A DNA stretch of 63,432 nt, filler included, from Reticulomyxa filosa (taxonomy: Eukaryota; Protista; Foraminifera), in the NCBI GenBank assembly GCA_000512085.1. It is 13 parts of 13 records of this genome, joined end to end, with 100 filler letters (N's around TTAATTAATTAA, not from the genome) between each part and the next. Parts side by side here need not be neighbours in the genome. Positions count along the whole stretch, not along the records: positions 23,945 to 31,003 come from ASPP01024377.1; positions 31,104 to 34,216 come from ASPP01039252.1; positions 34,317 to 43,574 come from ASPP01004246.1; 10 more parts are not named here. One strand, 5' to 3'. The position numbers and the translations under genes were made by a program. Below are positions 26,917-38,998 of this stretch, one piece after another (the first letter of the stretch is position 1; each line of letters opens with the position of its first letter). The notes beneath the pieces are model-generated. The model did no database searches and was not told where the DNA came from. It saw only the letters and a program-made list of their open reading frames with translations.

Positions 26917-27480
26917 TCACTCAAGCTTTTGCACAAGTCTTTTTACTTCTTGTTCTCCATGGCTCTTCCAAACATGTAAAAATATCAAAGTAGAAGTTGT
27001 TCCAAATACTTTTTTTAAAATATTGATTGATATTTCGAGATATTGAATTGATTTGTCAAATTGTTCTGTTAGAGAATATAGAAAAATCAAACGAATACAT
27101 GCTTTTGCAAGTGCTATGAAACAGCACATTATCAAATTTTATTAATATTGCTATTAAAGCAATTTGACAAATTGATTGGCATCAATTGATTTAATGATAT
27201 TTCGTTAATGTGAAAGCATTCATGTAAGATTTGCGAAGTAACATATTAAAAGAGAAAAGCTTACATTGGTGTTCGTCTTAACAACTTGCGACATGAATTT
27301 GCAAATATTTTGATAAAGTCTGCACTTTTTTTATAGGCTTGAATATGTCCAAAGCCATTGCTATGGATACATTTGAATTACATTTTTTTTTCCATCAAAC
27401 TGTTATTGCATTACATTTGATCCAATCGTGGCCACAAAAACTCTTGCAATTATTTATTCTTCGATTTATCGAATTTCTTT
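26917..27480 (-). pseudogene. Decayed fragments of TPR and Cys/His-rich repeat-family genes
   Basis: QFDKSIQYLEISINILKKVFG is TPR-like; CKSFCGHDW is Cys/His-rich; no intact ORF. Confidence 0.35.
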
Positions 27481-29372
27481 CTTTTCTTCATTGATATTCT
27501 CCAACTTTACAGACGTTTCATAATAGTCAGATTATAACGGATCAAGATTAAGAATCAAGCTTTGGTCGTATGTTTATTGAATTGGCAAAAACAATTAAAA
27601 AAAATTTTTCGATAAATTTTTTGAAGTCTTTTCACAAGATGACTAATCCATAAGAAGATTATCGCCTAGTTAGATTACTTTGACTTGTGACTGCATTATT
27701 GTTTTTTTTGAACGATACCATTAACCTCTTTAGATCAATTTGGTGACAGTTTATCATTTCAATAGAATGTTAGCATAATGTCTATTGTTGAAATGAATAA
27801 AATTAAATCATTTTGTCACGATATCTTATTATATTATTACATTATCACTAGTTTCTCTATAATGTAAAAACAACTGCAATATCACATTATAATCAACGTC
27901 TTCATGTAAATGAAATACAAATAACGAATATTGTTTAAGATCATGCATACTTACCTTTATCATATTACACAACACAAGCACAGTCCTCGAAGCAAATTGC
28001 CGAATAAACAATATATAATATGTTTAAGTATTTATTTTGTGTCAGTCTTGAATTAACTGCTAAACAACACATTTTAATCAAGATTATATATTGTACATTC
28101 TAAATCATTTGATCGTTATGATTACATGCGCTGCAATACAAATGTGAGTCACAAAGCAAAATATAGTCAGTTGTTGAATGCAAAACCTAGTTTCAGTTTC
28201 AATTTCAGACAATTCAAATTCAGCTGTTGTAGCAACCAACATACAACGTAATAATAATTGATTATACTTTATAGTATTGTAACTGTCGCAATATAGTCTA
28301 TTTCAAATAAAAAGAAATACTTTAACTTTTTTTTTTGTACGAACTATTTTCCAATTCACAAACGATCAAAATTTTTAACTTAGTTAGAATTAAGTTTACA
28401 ACATAAAATTGACATTACAATCACACAAGCCAGTATAAATGGTCTGCGTGCTCGCACAATCATTAGCATGTATAACATTCAGTCACGTTTCCCCGGATCT
28501 ATTAGTCAGCATCAGTTCATGTTGTATTATACTTATCATCATTGTATTGCTGTTTTTTTTATATATTCATATTCCAAAAAAAATACATTAAAAAAATTCT
28601 TAACTCCATTCTTTGTGCATGCATATTTGAATTATGTATCAGTGAAAATCAAAGCAGTCGCCTTGCATTTGTCTATCGCGTACGTGAAAGCAACAGTATA
28701 TTAAAATAATCAGTAACATAGTTATTCGTGCCGTCTACATGTTGTACTGTACTTTCAGCGAGTGGGCAACTGTTTGGCCATTTGCAAATTGTGCCTCTAA
28801 TACAAAAGCTAATGAAAGTGCGCTCAATAACATCTTATTTTTTCCACTTCAAATAACAACGAGCAACAAACTAATAAAAAAGCTAAGCGAACAAAAAAAA
28901 GAAACCCTTGACACACAAAACGTTAAATCAAAAAAAGAAAGATACTAATTTTCATTTCTACAATCAACCATTTGTTTCGTCTAGAGAAATAAATCCAATG
29001 ATTACAGATAATATTACCAGTGACGAACAATTTTCTATCAAAGTTTGTTTCTTTAAGAGTCATGTTAACAAGTTAGCTTCTAAGGGTTAGAAGCTAACAA
29101 ATGAGACAAAAATTCATCCAAAATAAAATGTATATTAATATAATGGTTTAAAGCCTAACGAAGACAAAAGAAATTAAAGTTTAGATTATTGTGGGTAAAC
29201 AAGACGTTCAATTTAACTTAAATTGTAAACTTACTTCAGTGTCTTAAAGGTAAAAACGTATGATATGATCTATACGAAAATCAAGAATGATGCATGAGAA
29301 TGCATTTGATGAAGTAGTACTTCACGTTCTGAACATAATTGTTTTGTCTTTTCTAAATAAAAAAAATTATAC

Positions 29373-30370
29373 ATGACCACTGAAGGAGTTAACGCAATAA
29401 AGCGTAAAGGAGATGAAGCTTTCGTAAAAGGTGGTCAAGAATCAGAAGCAATTGAACATTATACGAATGCTTTGGATTTGGCAAAAGACTTGAAAGGTTA
29501 CGACGACCGTCAGCGATCAAAAATGTACTCTGCTCGAGCAGAATGTTACCTTCGTACTCAACAATATGAAAAGGCGATAGGAGATTGCAATGAGTCATTG
29601 AAATATGACCGCGATAATTTCAAGTCGCAATTTCGCAGAGCAAAAGCCTACGCACAATTGAATCAAATTGGTGCGGCAATAACCGACTTGAAGATAGTGG
29701 TCCAAAAAGACAATGAAAACACTCAAGCCAAGGAGTTGTTAAAAGAACTTGAAGCAAAACAAAAGCCCGAAGAAACCTCAAAATTGGTAAGCCAATCCAC
29801 AGCCATCACATCAGGCGCAACGGAAGATACTTTTGTAAGAAAGAGTAAGCGATTTGATCCAGACATAGATGTATCGAAAGATGATTTAGTCAAAATATGC
29901 GACTATAACATATTAAACAAAAAGAAAATCGAGTTGGAGGATGAAATCTCATTACTCACAGTTTTGTTTGGACATAACAAAAAGACATTGTTTTGACTGA
30001 ACTAAAAAATGGGGGCCTTTTTTTTTTCAGCGACATTTTGATTGTTTTGTGAATTAGTTTGGTTTTGTTTTTTCAGAAAGAAATAACTCAATTGGAGGCG
30101 GCGGAATCAATGATTGATATGTTATTGGATGATAACGCGGTGCGTTTGCAAGTGGGAACCACTAGCTTTTTCATCACTAATGAAGCCAGTGATGAATTCG
30201 CAAAACAAACCTTGAAACGCTTCAAAGCGCGTCGGGCTGCTTTTACACAAGAGTTAGATGAAGCAATCGAGGAAATGAAAAGGCAAAGGGCATTTTTGAA
30301 AGCTAAATTCAAAGATAAAATTGGCTTGCCTGAAATTGAAAAAACTGAAAATACTGGAAGCGAATATTAA
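29373..30370 (+). CDS. TPR domain-prefoldin subunit 4 fusion protein; intron 29961-30076
   Basis: Three TPRs (KRKGDEAF..EAIEHYTNAL; YSARAECYL..YEKAIGDC; KSQFRRAKAY). The same exon continues into DIDVSKDDLVKI..IELEDEI|KEITQLEAA..RLQVGTTSF..LKAKFKDKIGL, like PFDN4/Gim3. Confidence 0.82.
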
Positions 30371-31206
30371 ATCAGTGCTTTTTTGTTTTTTATTCGACAA
30401 ACAAACGAGCAAGTTCACAAAGAAATATACATTTTGATTATTTTGTGACTTGTTGGTCATTCATTCACAGACATTTAAAATCGTCTTCTGTCTTTATTTG
30501 TCAACTCTCATGGGCATGACTTGCTTTTGTTGTCAATTTTGTATTTTGGCAAATTTATTGCATTTCTTGTCCATAAAAGAATTACTCTGGCATCTTTTCT
30601 TTTTCTGTAGTTCAATGTGTTGTGAGACTTGCAGTTACTAAGGTAAAAAGGTTCGACTCTTTCTGAAATATCAGTATTTAACGTAGTTACAAAAACGTTA
30701 ATACCACAAATAAACATTTTTTCAAAATTTTTTTGGTTTAAAAAAAATATCTACGAATCTTCAAGTTTCAAAATGCATTTCATTTTTTTCTACAATTACA
30801 AACATTTTTGTTTTGCTAATTATTATTCACTTTATTTTTATTATTTTCTTTTTTTTAGCTAATCTTGTCTTGTTTTAATTTTATTTTTAAAAAGCTTCGA
30901 TTACCAAAAATTATCACAAACAAAAACAAAAATTGCATAGCGAAGCTATTATAATGAATAATAAATAAATTGAAAAAAATTAGGTCTTTTGTTAATGCTA
31001 TTANNNNNNNNNNNNNNNNNNNNNNNNNNNNNNNNNNNNNNNNNNNNTTAATTAATTAANNNNNNNNNNNNNNNNNNNNNNNNNNNNNNNNNNNNNNNNN
31101 NNNATAAGCCGAAATGGCAATATAAACAACATTCACATGCTTTTCTTTAATAATAAGTGTTTAAATTTTATTTTTTGTTTTAGTTTGCTTTAATTTGTTA
31201 AAAGAG

Positions 31207-31338
31207 GTGAATTGAATCTCAATATTTCACTGAGACTTCAACACTTCGAAAACAATGCTCAGATGATTCGGTTGAGCATTAGCATTACTCCTGTAATTCC
31301 CTGACCATTCCACAGGGAAGAGCCAACTTTGTTTTCAC
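31207..31338 (-). ncRNA. Candidate structured RNA (three consecutive hairpins), unassigned
   Basis: Stems 31297-31303/31313-31319, 31254-31261/31273-31280 and 31212-31221/31231-31241 in otherwise AT-rich DNA. Confidence 0.3.
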
Positions 31339-31589
31339 AACCGTTGATTGATCTCGCCGTACAACCTTTTAAGTTTTAATTTAATCTTTAAAATAAAAAA
31401 ACAAATAAAATCTCAAATTATTTTTTTTCACTTGTTGTTGTTGATTGTGTGTAAGTTTTTGATATGTTTTGTTGATCTTTTTTTGTTTGTTTTTATTAGA
31501 GTACTGTGTTCCTTTTGGGACGAGGTGCTCATTTTAACTTGAATAAGATCTCATTCTTGCTATAAAAAAAAAAAAAAACAAAAAAAGCC

Positions 31590-32740
31590 AACAGGGGTAA
31601 ATGCCGAAGCGAAAGGGAGTGGCAAAAATGCCAAAATACATCATTCAAACGCGAATCGGCATCTCATTAACAAAAGTTTTCGGACTAGGTGCCAAAAACA
31701 CGCGAGAAGCCTACGGAGGCCCGAAAACTAACGAAAAAGCCTACAAAGGCCCGGAAATCAATGAAAAGGCCCCTAAAGGCCCGGAAATTAACGAAAAGGC
31801 CCACAAAGGTCCGGAAACCAACGAAAAGGTCTCCAAAGGATCATTTTGAAACGATATAAAATGATTCTATTTTCACCTAAATAAATTCTAAATAAAATTA
31901 TTGTTTCAATGTTGAAGCTTGAATGTTATTTGTTGGTTACTTTTTTGTAATGTATTGTATTATTTAGTACTGTGTTCAAGTTTGAGTGAGGTGCTTGTTT
32001 TACAATGTTTTGCCTTGTTGTCAATTCAAAAATTACATTCTTCCACGCTACAAAAAAAAAATATTGGAAATTATTTGAAAATTTTGGTATTAAGAAATAA
32101 AAAAAACAAAAATAAAAATATATATATATCCCCTTGTATCATTGACTAACTAAAAGTCAATAGGGGTAAATGCCGGCACGAAAGGGAGTGGCAGAAATGC
32201 CAAAATACTTCCCCTCATCGTGGCTAGGCATCTCATTAACATGCGCTGATGCTGAACGCGCCCACGCCAAAAGTACGCGAGGAGCCGAACAAGGCCCCCA
32301 AAGGCCCGGAAACCAACAAGAAAGCTTCAATAAATTTTATGTTTGTTTTGTTTTATTTTGATTGCATAGTTTAGTTTAACTTTGTTAGTGGTGGTGACTG
32401 ATATTGTTGATTTTAAATTGATTGATATTTACCTTTGAAACATATAATACTATCATTTGCTGAAGTCTCGTAGAACGTGAACGTGGTCCCAAAGGGACCC
32501 TTGGATTCCCTCTTAGCTGCACAGAGGTAAGCAATGTGAATGTGTGGTGATTACAAATGTTTTGTTGATTAAATTGATATCATTTTGAATTATATAAAAT
32601 ATTGCAATGCTTGTTTTCACCAAAACAAATTTTAAAGTAAAATTTATTGCTTCAATGTTGAAGCATGAAATGTTATTTGTTAGTTACTTTTTGTAACATA
32701 TTGTATCATTTAGTACTTTGTTCAACTTTGAGTGAGGTAT
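31590..32740 (+). repeat. Diverged ~570-740-bp tandem duplication with an internal 30-bp minisatellite (31718-31837)
   Basis: ggggtaaatgccg..cgaaagggagtggca.aaatgccaaaatac at ~31594 and ~32163; block 31905-31992 recurs at 32651-32739; four copies of ggcccggaaa.caacgaaaaggcc.acaaa. Confidence 0.85.
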
Positions 32741-32791
32741 TAAGAAATTGAAATTTGAAGGTTTTTATCAATTGGGGATTCAAGTAGCGAG

Positions 32792-33080
32792 TTAGGTGCT
32801 GTCATTTGTGTCGACGTTCATATTATTATTCGACGTCATTTTGGATTGTAGTTGTTTGTTTCTGGTATCATGCATATCAATACCATATCCAATTCCATTT
32901 CCAACTTCATATCTATTTTCAATGCCACCATGCATACTGGTATTTGATAATTTACTAGTGGCATGCATGCTTGGAAGTGTAGTTAACATGTCTGCCTTAC
33001 CATTATATTATATTCTTGATCCAATTTATGTATGTTATTTTATCCCAACATTGCTTGCAGTATAGCCGATTAGTGTAGAA
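32792..33080 (-). repeat. Dispersed repeat homologous to 42150-42295 (probable LINE ORF1 5' fragment)
   Basis: catatctattttcaatgccaccatgcatactgg..ggaagt..ttaacatgt..gcttgca.tatagccgatta matches the reverse complement of 42150-42290. Confidence 0.7.
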
Positions 33081-34316
33081 ACGCATCGGCTGTCTGGATC
33101 GTCTTCACAAGCCTTGTTATCAGCTAGTGAGTTTCGGTTTTGCCAGAGGTTCAGTAGAAGTTACTCGATCTTCGGAGTTCTGACAAACACAAAAGACTGG
33201 TATTTGCCTCGAGAATGCTAATTTCGAACACTCTTAAGGCTAAACAATGATCGATACTATCTCAGTTACCAGGAATTTGCACCTTGGTACACTTAAAGCA
33301 ACTAATGACAAGATACGCTGTAAGTTTAAAAGCACTTCCACCTATCACAATCACACACCATACTAGACTCTGAACAGACGACAACCCCCAAAAATGAATT
33401 GTAACAAAAGACGTTGCCAAATGGTAACAAAATAGTTTAAAGTCACACTCCAGCCACAATCTCACAAAATCCAACTACTATAAAAAAAAATTATTAGTTA
33501 AAAATTTTATAGTTAGAATTTTCTTTCCCCTTTCGCTCGGCTTTTACCCACTGTTGCTTTTAGTTAGCCGATGATGAATGTGGATATATATTTTTTGTTT
33601 TAGTGATTCAATGTGGAATGTTCGCTGATGACTTGATCTTAAAAAAAAATTGATTAAATGTTTTTTTATGAAGATAATCGATCATCTTCATTCAACTTTC
33701 TTTTTTTTGCTGTAACAACAATAGTGTTTTAGCTGTGTAATATCATTACTCTGTTGGCTTTTTAGTTGTTGTTTTTACAAACAGCTAGATTAATTATTTC
33801 TTGGAATTAATTTGTGTGGTCCAATCTTATAACAAGAATTTCCACATATCAACAATATTCAATAATAAGATGTTTAACTTTTTATTGACATTCTTATATT
33901 TACTGATAAGTCAAAAAGTTCCTGAATATTGCAAAAAAAGATATCTATATGCTGTATTTAAAGATAATTTGATCAAAATCATTGATCCATCCAAATTTTA
34001 TTTGTAAAACTCGAACCCAATATTGAATGATCAGCTTTATTTCATTTTTCGACTGTTCATTATTTACAATATAATTTATTTATGTTTCATCAAAATAAAC
34101 AAATTATTACCAACAGTGAAGGGTCCCATACACGCACTTTAGTCTTTATGTGAGTTGACAATGTGTTATATTTGTCATCATTTCCTCCAATGATGTGTAT
34201 ATGATTGTCCTCTTCANNNNNNNNNNNNNNNNNNNNNNNNNNNNNNNNNNNNNNNNNNNNTTAATTAATTAANNNNNNNNNNNNNNNNNNNNNNNNNNNN
34301 NNNNNNNNNNNNNNNN

Positions 34317-36558
34317 AAAGACAAAGAAAAAGAAAAAGACAAAGATAAAAACAAAGATAAAGGCATTGATACAGCCACATCCACACCCGCCAGTCCCACG
34401 AATGAAACAAATACACCAAGCAATAATGAAATAAAAGATCACAACGGTCAGATCCATGACATTAATGAGAATAATGAAAATAATGGAAATAATGAAAATA
34501 ATACAAATAATGAAAAGGCAAATGTAAAGACTCTGAGCATAAAAATAGATATTGACGACAACAACAACGAAGAAGAAGAAAAAGCACACAGAGTGAAAGA
34601 AGACAGCGAAAGCGACGACGAACAAAAGCATAAAGAAAAGATAAAAAAACTAGCAAGCGAGCCTTACTCAATAAATTGGAACAATCGACTGTATAGTGCG
34701 ATGCGTGTGTTGACGTCAATCGTGGAGTCGGAAGACGTGCACGACGACTGCGTGGTCGCATTGGACGAGTGGTTTGAGACGGTGTGTATGGACTTGTTGC
34801 ATCGTTGTTCGAAGGCGGGCTATGGTATTCTCGAGGCATTCTTGCAATTGCTGAAGGCAATTCTGTATCGCTTCGCGCAGCACAACGACAAGTTGGAGGA
34901 TTCAAACGTGGCGAACCTGTTATGCGAAAAGCCCAAGTATCTGTTGGAAATAATCACTCGACAGACGTCCACACTCGTGACCAGGGCCATTGCACTGGAG
35001 TTGTGTCCACTCCTCATGGTCACCAGCAACAACAGCGAGGCCTTTGCCCAGCAGTGTCTACTCACCGTATTGGACGATGGACGCTTCAACCCCTTCGAGC
35101 CTGGCGATATCAACATGACACGCACATTCCATCATGGAGTCGAAGGAGAAGGCAAGGACGAGGGCAAGCTGCGATCGATCAATCCGGACAATCCCTGGGC
35201 CAGGGGTTACACCATCAATGAAAACATTTCATCGTTGCTCTTTCACACTATGAATCCTGTATTCATTGATAGAGAGTCCGTGATGCGTCTCACCTTCATG
35301 ACCGTGCTCAAGGCCATGAATACTCTGTTGGCACGCATCGAGCAAATGGAAATCGAATTGGAACGACGCGAGACCACGCAGACTCAGACCGATGACAAGG
35401 ACGACGGAGAGACCGAGGACGAAAGTCAGCCGCGCACCACGTCCTCCACTCCTAATGCCTTACCCGTGGCCAGCAAATCGCCCAGGACTCCTCTCAGCAT
35501 TGTCACTGACGACTATCTTTTAGATGACTGGCAGGCCGTCGATCGCTTGGAAGGCGAGTTCGATAATACCACCGCTCGCAAAATACGAAACTTCTTCTCG
35601 CGTGATGCCAGCTACACTCGACATCGCATCTTGGAAATGTGCTGCGAGGAAGACGACGTCCTCATCGACGTCTTGCTGGAACTTCTCATGATCGAAACCG
35701 CCTTGCGACGATCCAACTCCAGATTAGCCAAACGCATTCGCTATCTATTCGATCCTTTCTTGCTGCTTCATGATTTCATCGAGTTGGTCGACGCCGATCA
35801 CTCGCTGCTCTTAGATTGGATGATCGGCAATGAAACCAGTTTCACTGAGTATTTAATTCGTTTTTGCAAACGAATGACTCTCAATTGGCATCCAACCAAT
35901 GCTGATGCTGGTATACATATACACATATACGTATATACATAATATTCTAGATGATGCGTATATGTACATATATATATGTATATACATATACATATATGTC
36001 TAAATGTATATATATAAAGGGCAAGTCAATCGGGTAATGGGTATATTAATCCGTCTCCGCATGCACGTCCAAACACTGCATGAACGTAAACTGTTTCCAT
36101 TCTCGCCGAAACCCCTTTTGAAAGCCATGGAAAAAATGGAATTTTGCTATGAGTCCAACGAAGGAGCCTATTCTCATGTCTCACAAATGTGGACAGATGT
36201 ACAAAGTGGTGTGGATGCTTCGAAAAAAAAAAAAGAAGAAACAGAAAAAGAATCGAAAGAAAATGCCCCCAATGCTGCTAAAAAAATTAATAAAGTCAAA
36301 GTTAGTGAACTTTTTTTGCAAAATGTCAAAAACAAACCCGCCGAGGATGAAGTCAACAAAAATTCTACCAAGAAAGGTATTACTATAAAACCTGTTGCCA
36401 ACAATGAAGATCAATCTGAAGTCTCAAAAAAAACTGGCAAAAAACAAGCTCGATCTAAAAAAATCGCGACAACAGAAGAAGGACAATCGGCTGCTACCAA
36501 GTTGGATGCAATCTTACACAAACACAAAACCGGAGAAGGAGTGTCCAAGCTCCAATAA
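34317..36558 (+). CDS. LINS: Protein Lines homolog (Lines C-terminal domain), 5'-partial; intron ~35911-36019
   Basis: EEDDVLIDVLL, FDPFLLLHDFI..DHSLLLDWMIGNETSFTEYLIRF and LIRLR..LFPFSPKPLL match the conserved Lines C-terminal motifs. Confidence 0.85.
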
Positions 36559-37229
36559 TACTGGACCAATGATCACAAAGCAACGACTGAATAAATCACA
36601 CTTATACAATACTTTTTAGTTGTTTTGTTGATTTTTTTTTTTCCTTTTTTTCCCCTCTTTCCTTTTTTTTGTGTGTTTAGTGCTTGAGGATTTTAATACG
36701 TTTGTTTTTGTTCAATTTCTTTTTTCTGTTGCTGGCAAAGCTACTGTGAATGCAGTTGTTGACACTCTTGTCTTTTGTTATACTCCTACTCTCCGTTCAA
36801 TCATAAAATACACTTTAATCAAAAATGATGCTACTATTACAAAAAGAAAAGTTTGAAAATCATTTTAATGTATTGAATAATAACGTTTTCAATATTTATT
36901 TTGTTCAAAACTTGTTTCTACATGTATTTTAAAATTAACCTACTGATATGCATTATTGTCACAAAGGACTAGATCTATTGATCAAAATCTTTTCTCACTT
37001 CTTTAGCAAACTCGTTTCATTATCTTTCTTGTTGGTTTTTCACAAATTAAAACTTTTAGTTTACGCTTAAACTTACAAACTCTCATTTCTGCCAGTGCTG
37101 AAACTTTTAGCATAGAAAGTAAAGAAATATTAATTTTCTCTGGTATTGTTGAAATTTCTTTCAAAACTTTAAAAAATGTGCAACAAACAGCTTAGGCCGA
37201 GGTGAGGGAACAAAAAAAATTGGCTAGAA

Positions 37230-38998
37230 ATGTCAAATAAAAAACATGATGATATTGACGAAAGTTCGAGCAGTGAAGCCGAACTTCGTTATCAAACAGA
37301 AAAGACGGATGAAGAACATTTGACAAAATCCTCACCACGAGAACAAGAATCAGACCGAGGCTACGCAACTTCTCAGCCCCAAACCCAGGAGATATTTGTG
37401 ACAGTAGAAAAAGAAGACCCAGAAGAAGAAGTAAAAATTGGATCAACAGCAGGAAGAGATGAAAAAGATAAGGACACTCATAGAAGCAGTGAACACGAAG
37501 AAGATATGCAAAGGATGTTAGCACAAGCCACAGGTAGCCGAAAGCATTGGTGCAAACACTTGAAAAACCCCGAATTGATAAGACCTCTAGTATTGACTAT
37601 TATGGCATGGCTTCTGTTGATACTCATGCTGATCACAATCAACGCCTTAGTAGCTGCTGTCTTTGTTCTGGTTTATATACTCTACATTGTTGAATGTTGC
37701 ATGTCTCCAACGTGGAAGTATTTGCGTCATCGAAGTACCAATACCATTGACTTACTAGGTTTCTTTTTCTTGCTTCGTTATTACGCTCTTTTTTTTCCTG
37801 GAACAAAAAAAGTGTATGTGGAATTTTTTTAATATATTGTATTAGATCAATTGAGAAAAACTGATCCAGTAATCAATTGGGATATGAGAGGCTATCATTA
37901 CGAAAGTCTTTTCACCAAACCCGCTAACTCGGTTTGTTTTTCCAAAAAAAATACATTTTAAGACATGACTTAATGTGCTCTTTGATTTGTGTATGCAATG
38001 GTTTGGGACGGGGGGGGGGGGGGGACGGAACGAAAACGGCAAACAAAAAAATTTTTTTGGGGGAAAAAAAAGAATGATGTGATAGTATGGGTGTTGTATA
38101 ATGACATCAACTTTGACAGTGCATTAGAAACAGCAGGTTATACAGTGGAATATTTTCCTGATGAACATGATGCTATCAGATATTGCCAAGATCGAAATAA
38201 CAAAAATGATGTGCAAGCAATCATTGTGCCTATGGGTTAATTTTACAAAAAAAAATATGCTCTTATGTTGTCAACGAGAAAAAAAGGACATTAAAAAATA
38301 ACGCACAAACGAATGAAATGCAAACAAATAAGCACACAGGATTTGAAGGCAATCGTATAAAAAAAACAATCAGTGTGGCTTGGCAAAGAGAGACAGAAGA
38401 CGACCCTTACGTCCCGCCACCTTTGCCTCCTTTTGCATTCATTGGCAACACTCGAGAAGAGTTTATCAATGAGTTGGTTGGGAAAAAAATATTGGTGAAA
38501 TCTCGTAAGAAAGTGATGACGCATCGAAGCCAGGGAACTTACAAATATGCATTTTGTGAGGACGTGAGTCAGGACTATCCCAAAACAGATTGCGAACTCA
38601 TTCAATTAACGCTGACCAAAAGCTATGCTTTCAAAAACGAACAAACCAAAGCTCACTACACTCAAATGTTGGAACGATTTATTCATCACAATAACAAAGA
38701 TGAACACTACACCTTTTCTGAGACGATGTCGGTTCAAGGGTTCAATGATAACATTCTCATTAAACTTGGACCCACCAATCGAATGCCATGGTATTCCTAT
38801 TCCTTCTTGTCTTTCGAAGAGAATATCCTCCATATACAACCCCTACCAGCAATATATACACTTACATAAATTAGGTATAATACCTCTCTCGGGTTTTGGC
38901 TTGCTTCAATATTACTGCTGACACTTATTCCACGACTGAAATTGTTGGCCATGACTGGCACTGCCGCATGGCATTTGGCCAAGATCATTAGTATTTAA
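37230..38998 (+). CDS. TMEM151-family membrane protein with an inserted domain; 4 introns
   Basis: YILYIVECC..TWKYL, PVINWDMRGYHY, KVMTHRS..YKYAFCEDVS, LTKSYAF, FSETMSVQGF, FWLASILLLT..R. Confidence 0.82.

Noticed and set aside
31200-31325. tRNA-Sec or tRNA-like reading (TTCAATTC, TGGAATGG) of the hairpin cluster
   Set aside because: Too long, with no acceptor stem or anticodon arm geometry.
31718-31837. 30-bp repeats as a CRISPR array
   Set aside because: Units are contiguous with no unique spacers, no cas genes, and the context is eukaryotic.
32460-32540. U1-like 5' end (TGCTTACCT on minus) with small hairpins
   Set aside because: Lacks the U1 loop I GATCACGAAG, loop II ATTGCAC and a properly placed Sm site.
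38791-38874. U12-type intron (GTATTCCT donor)
   Set aside because: Does not match RTATCCTT, and there is no TCCTTAAC branch site.
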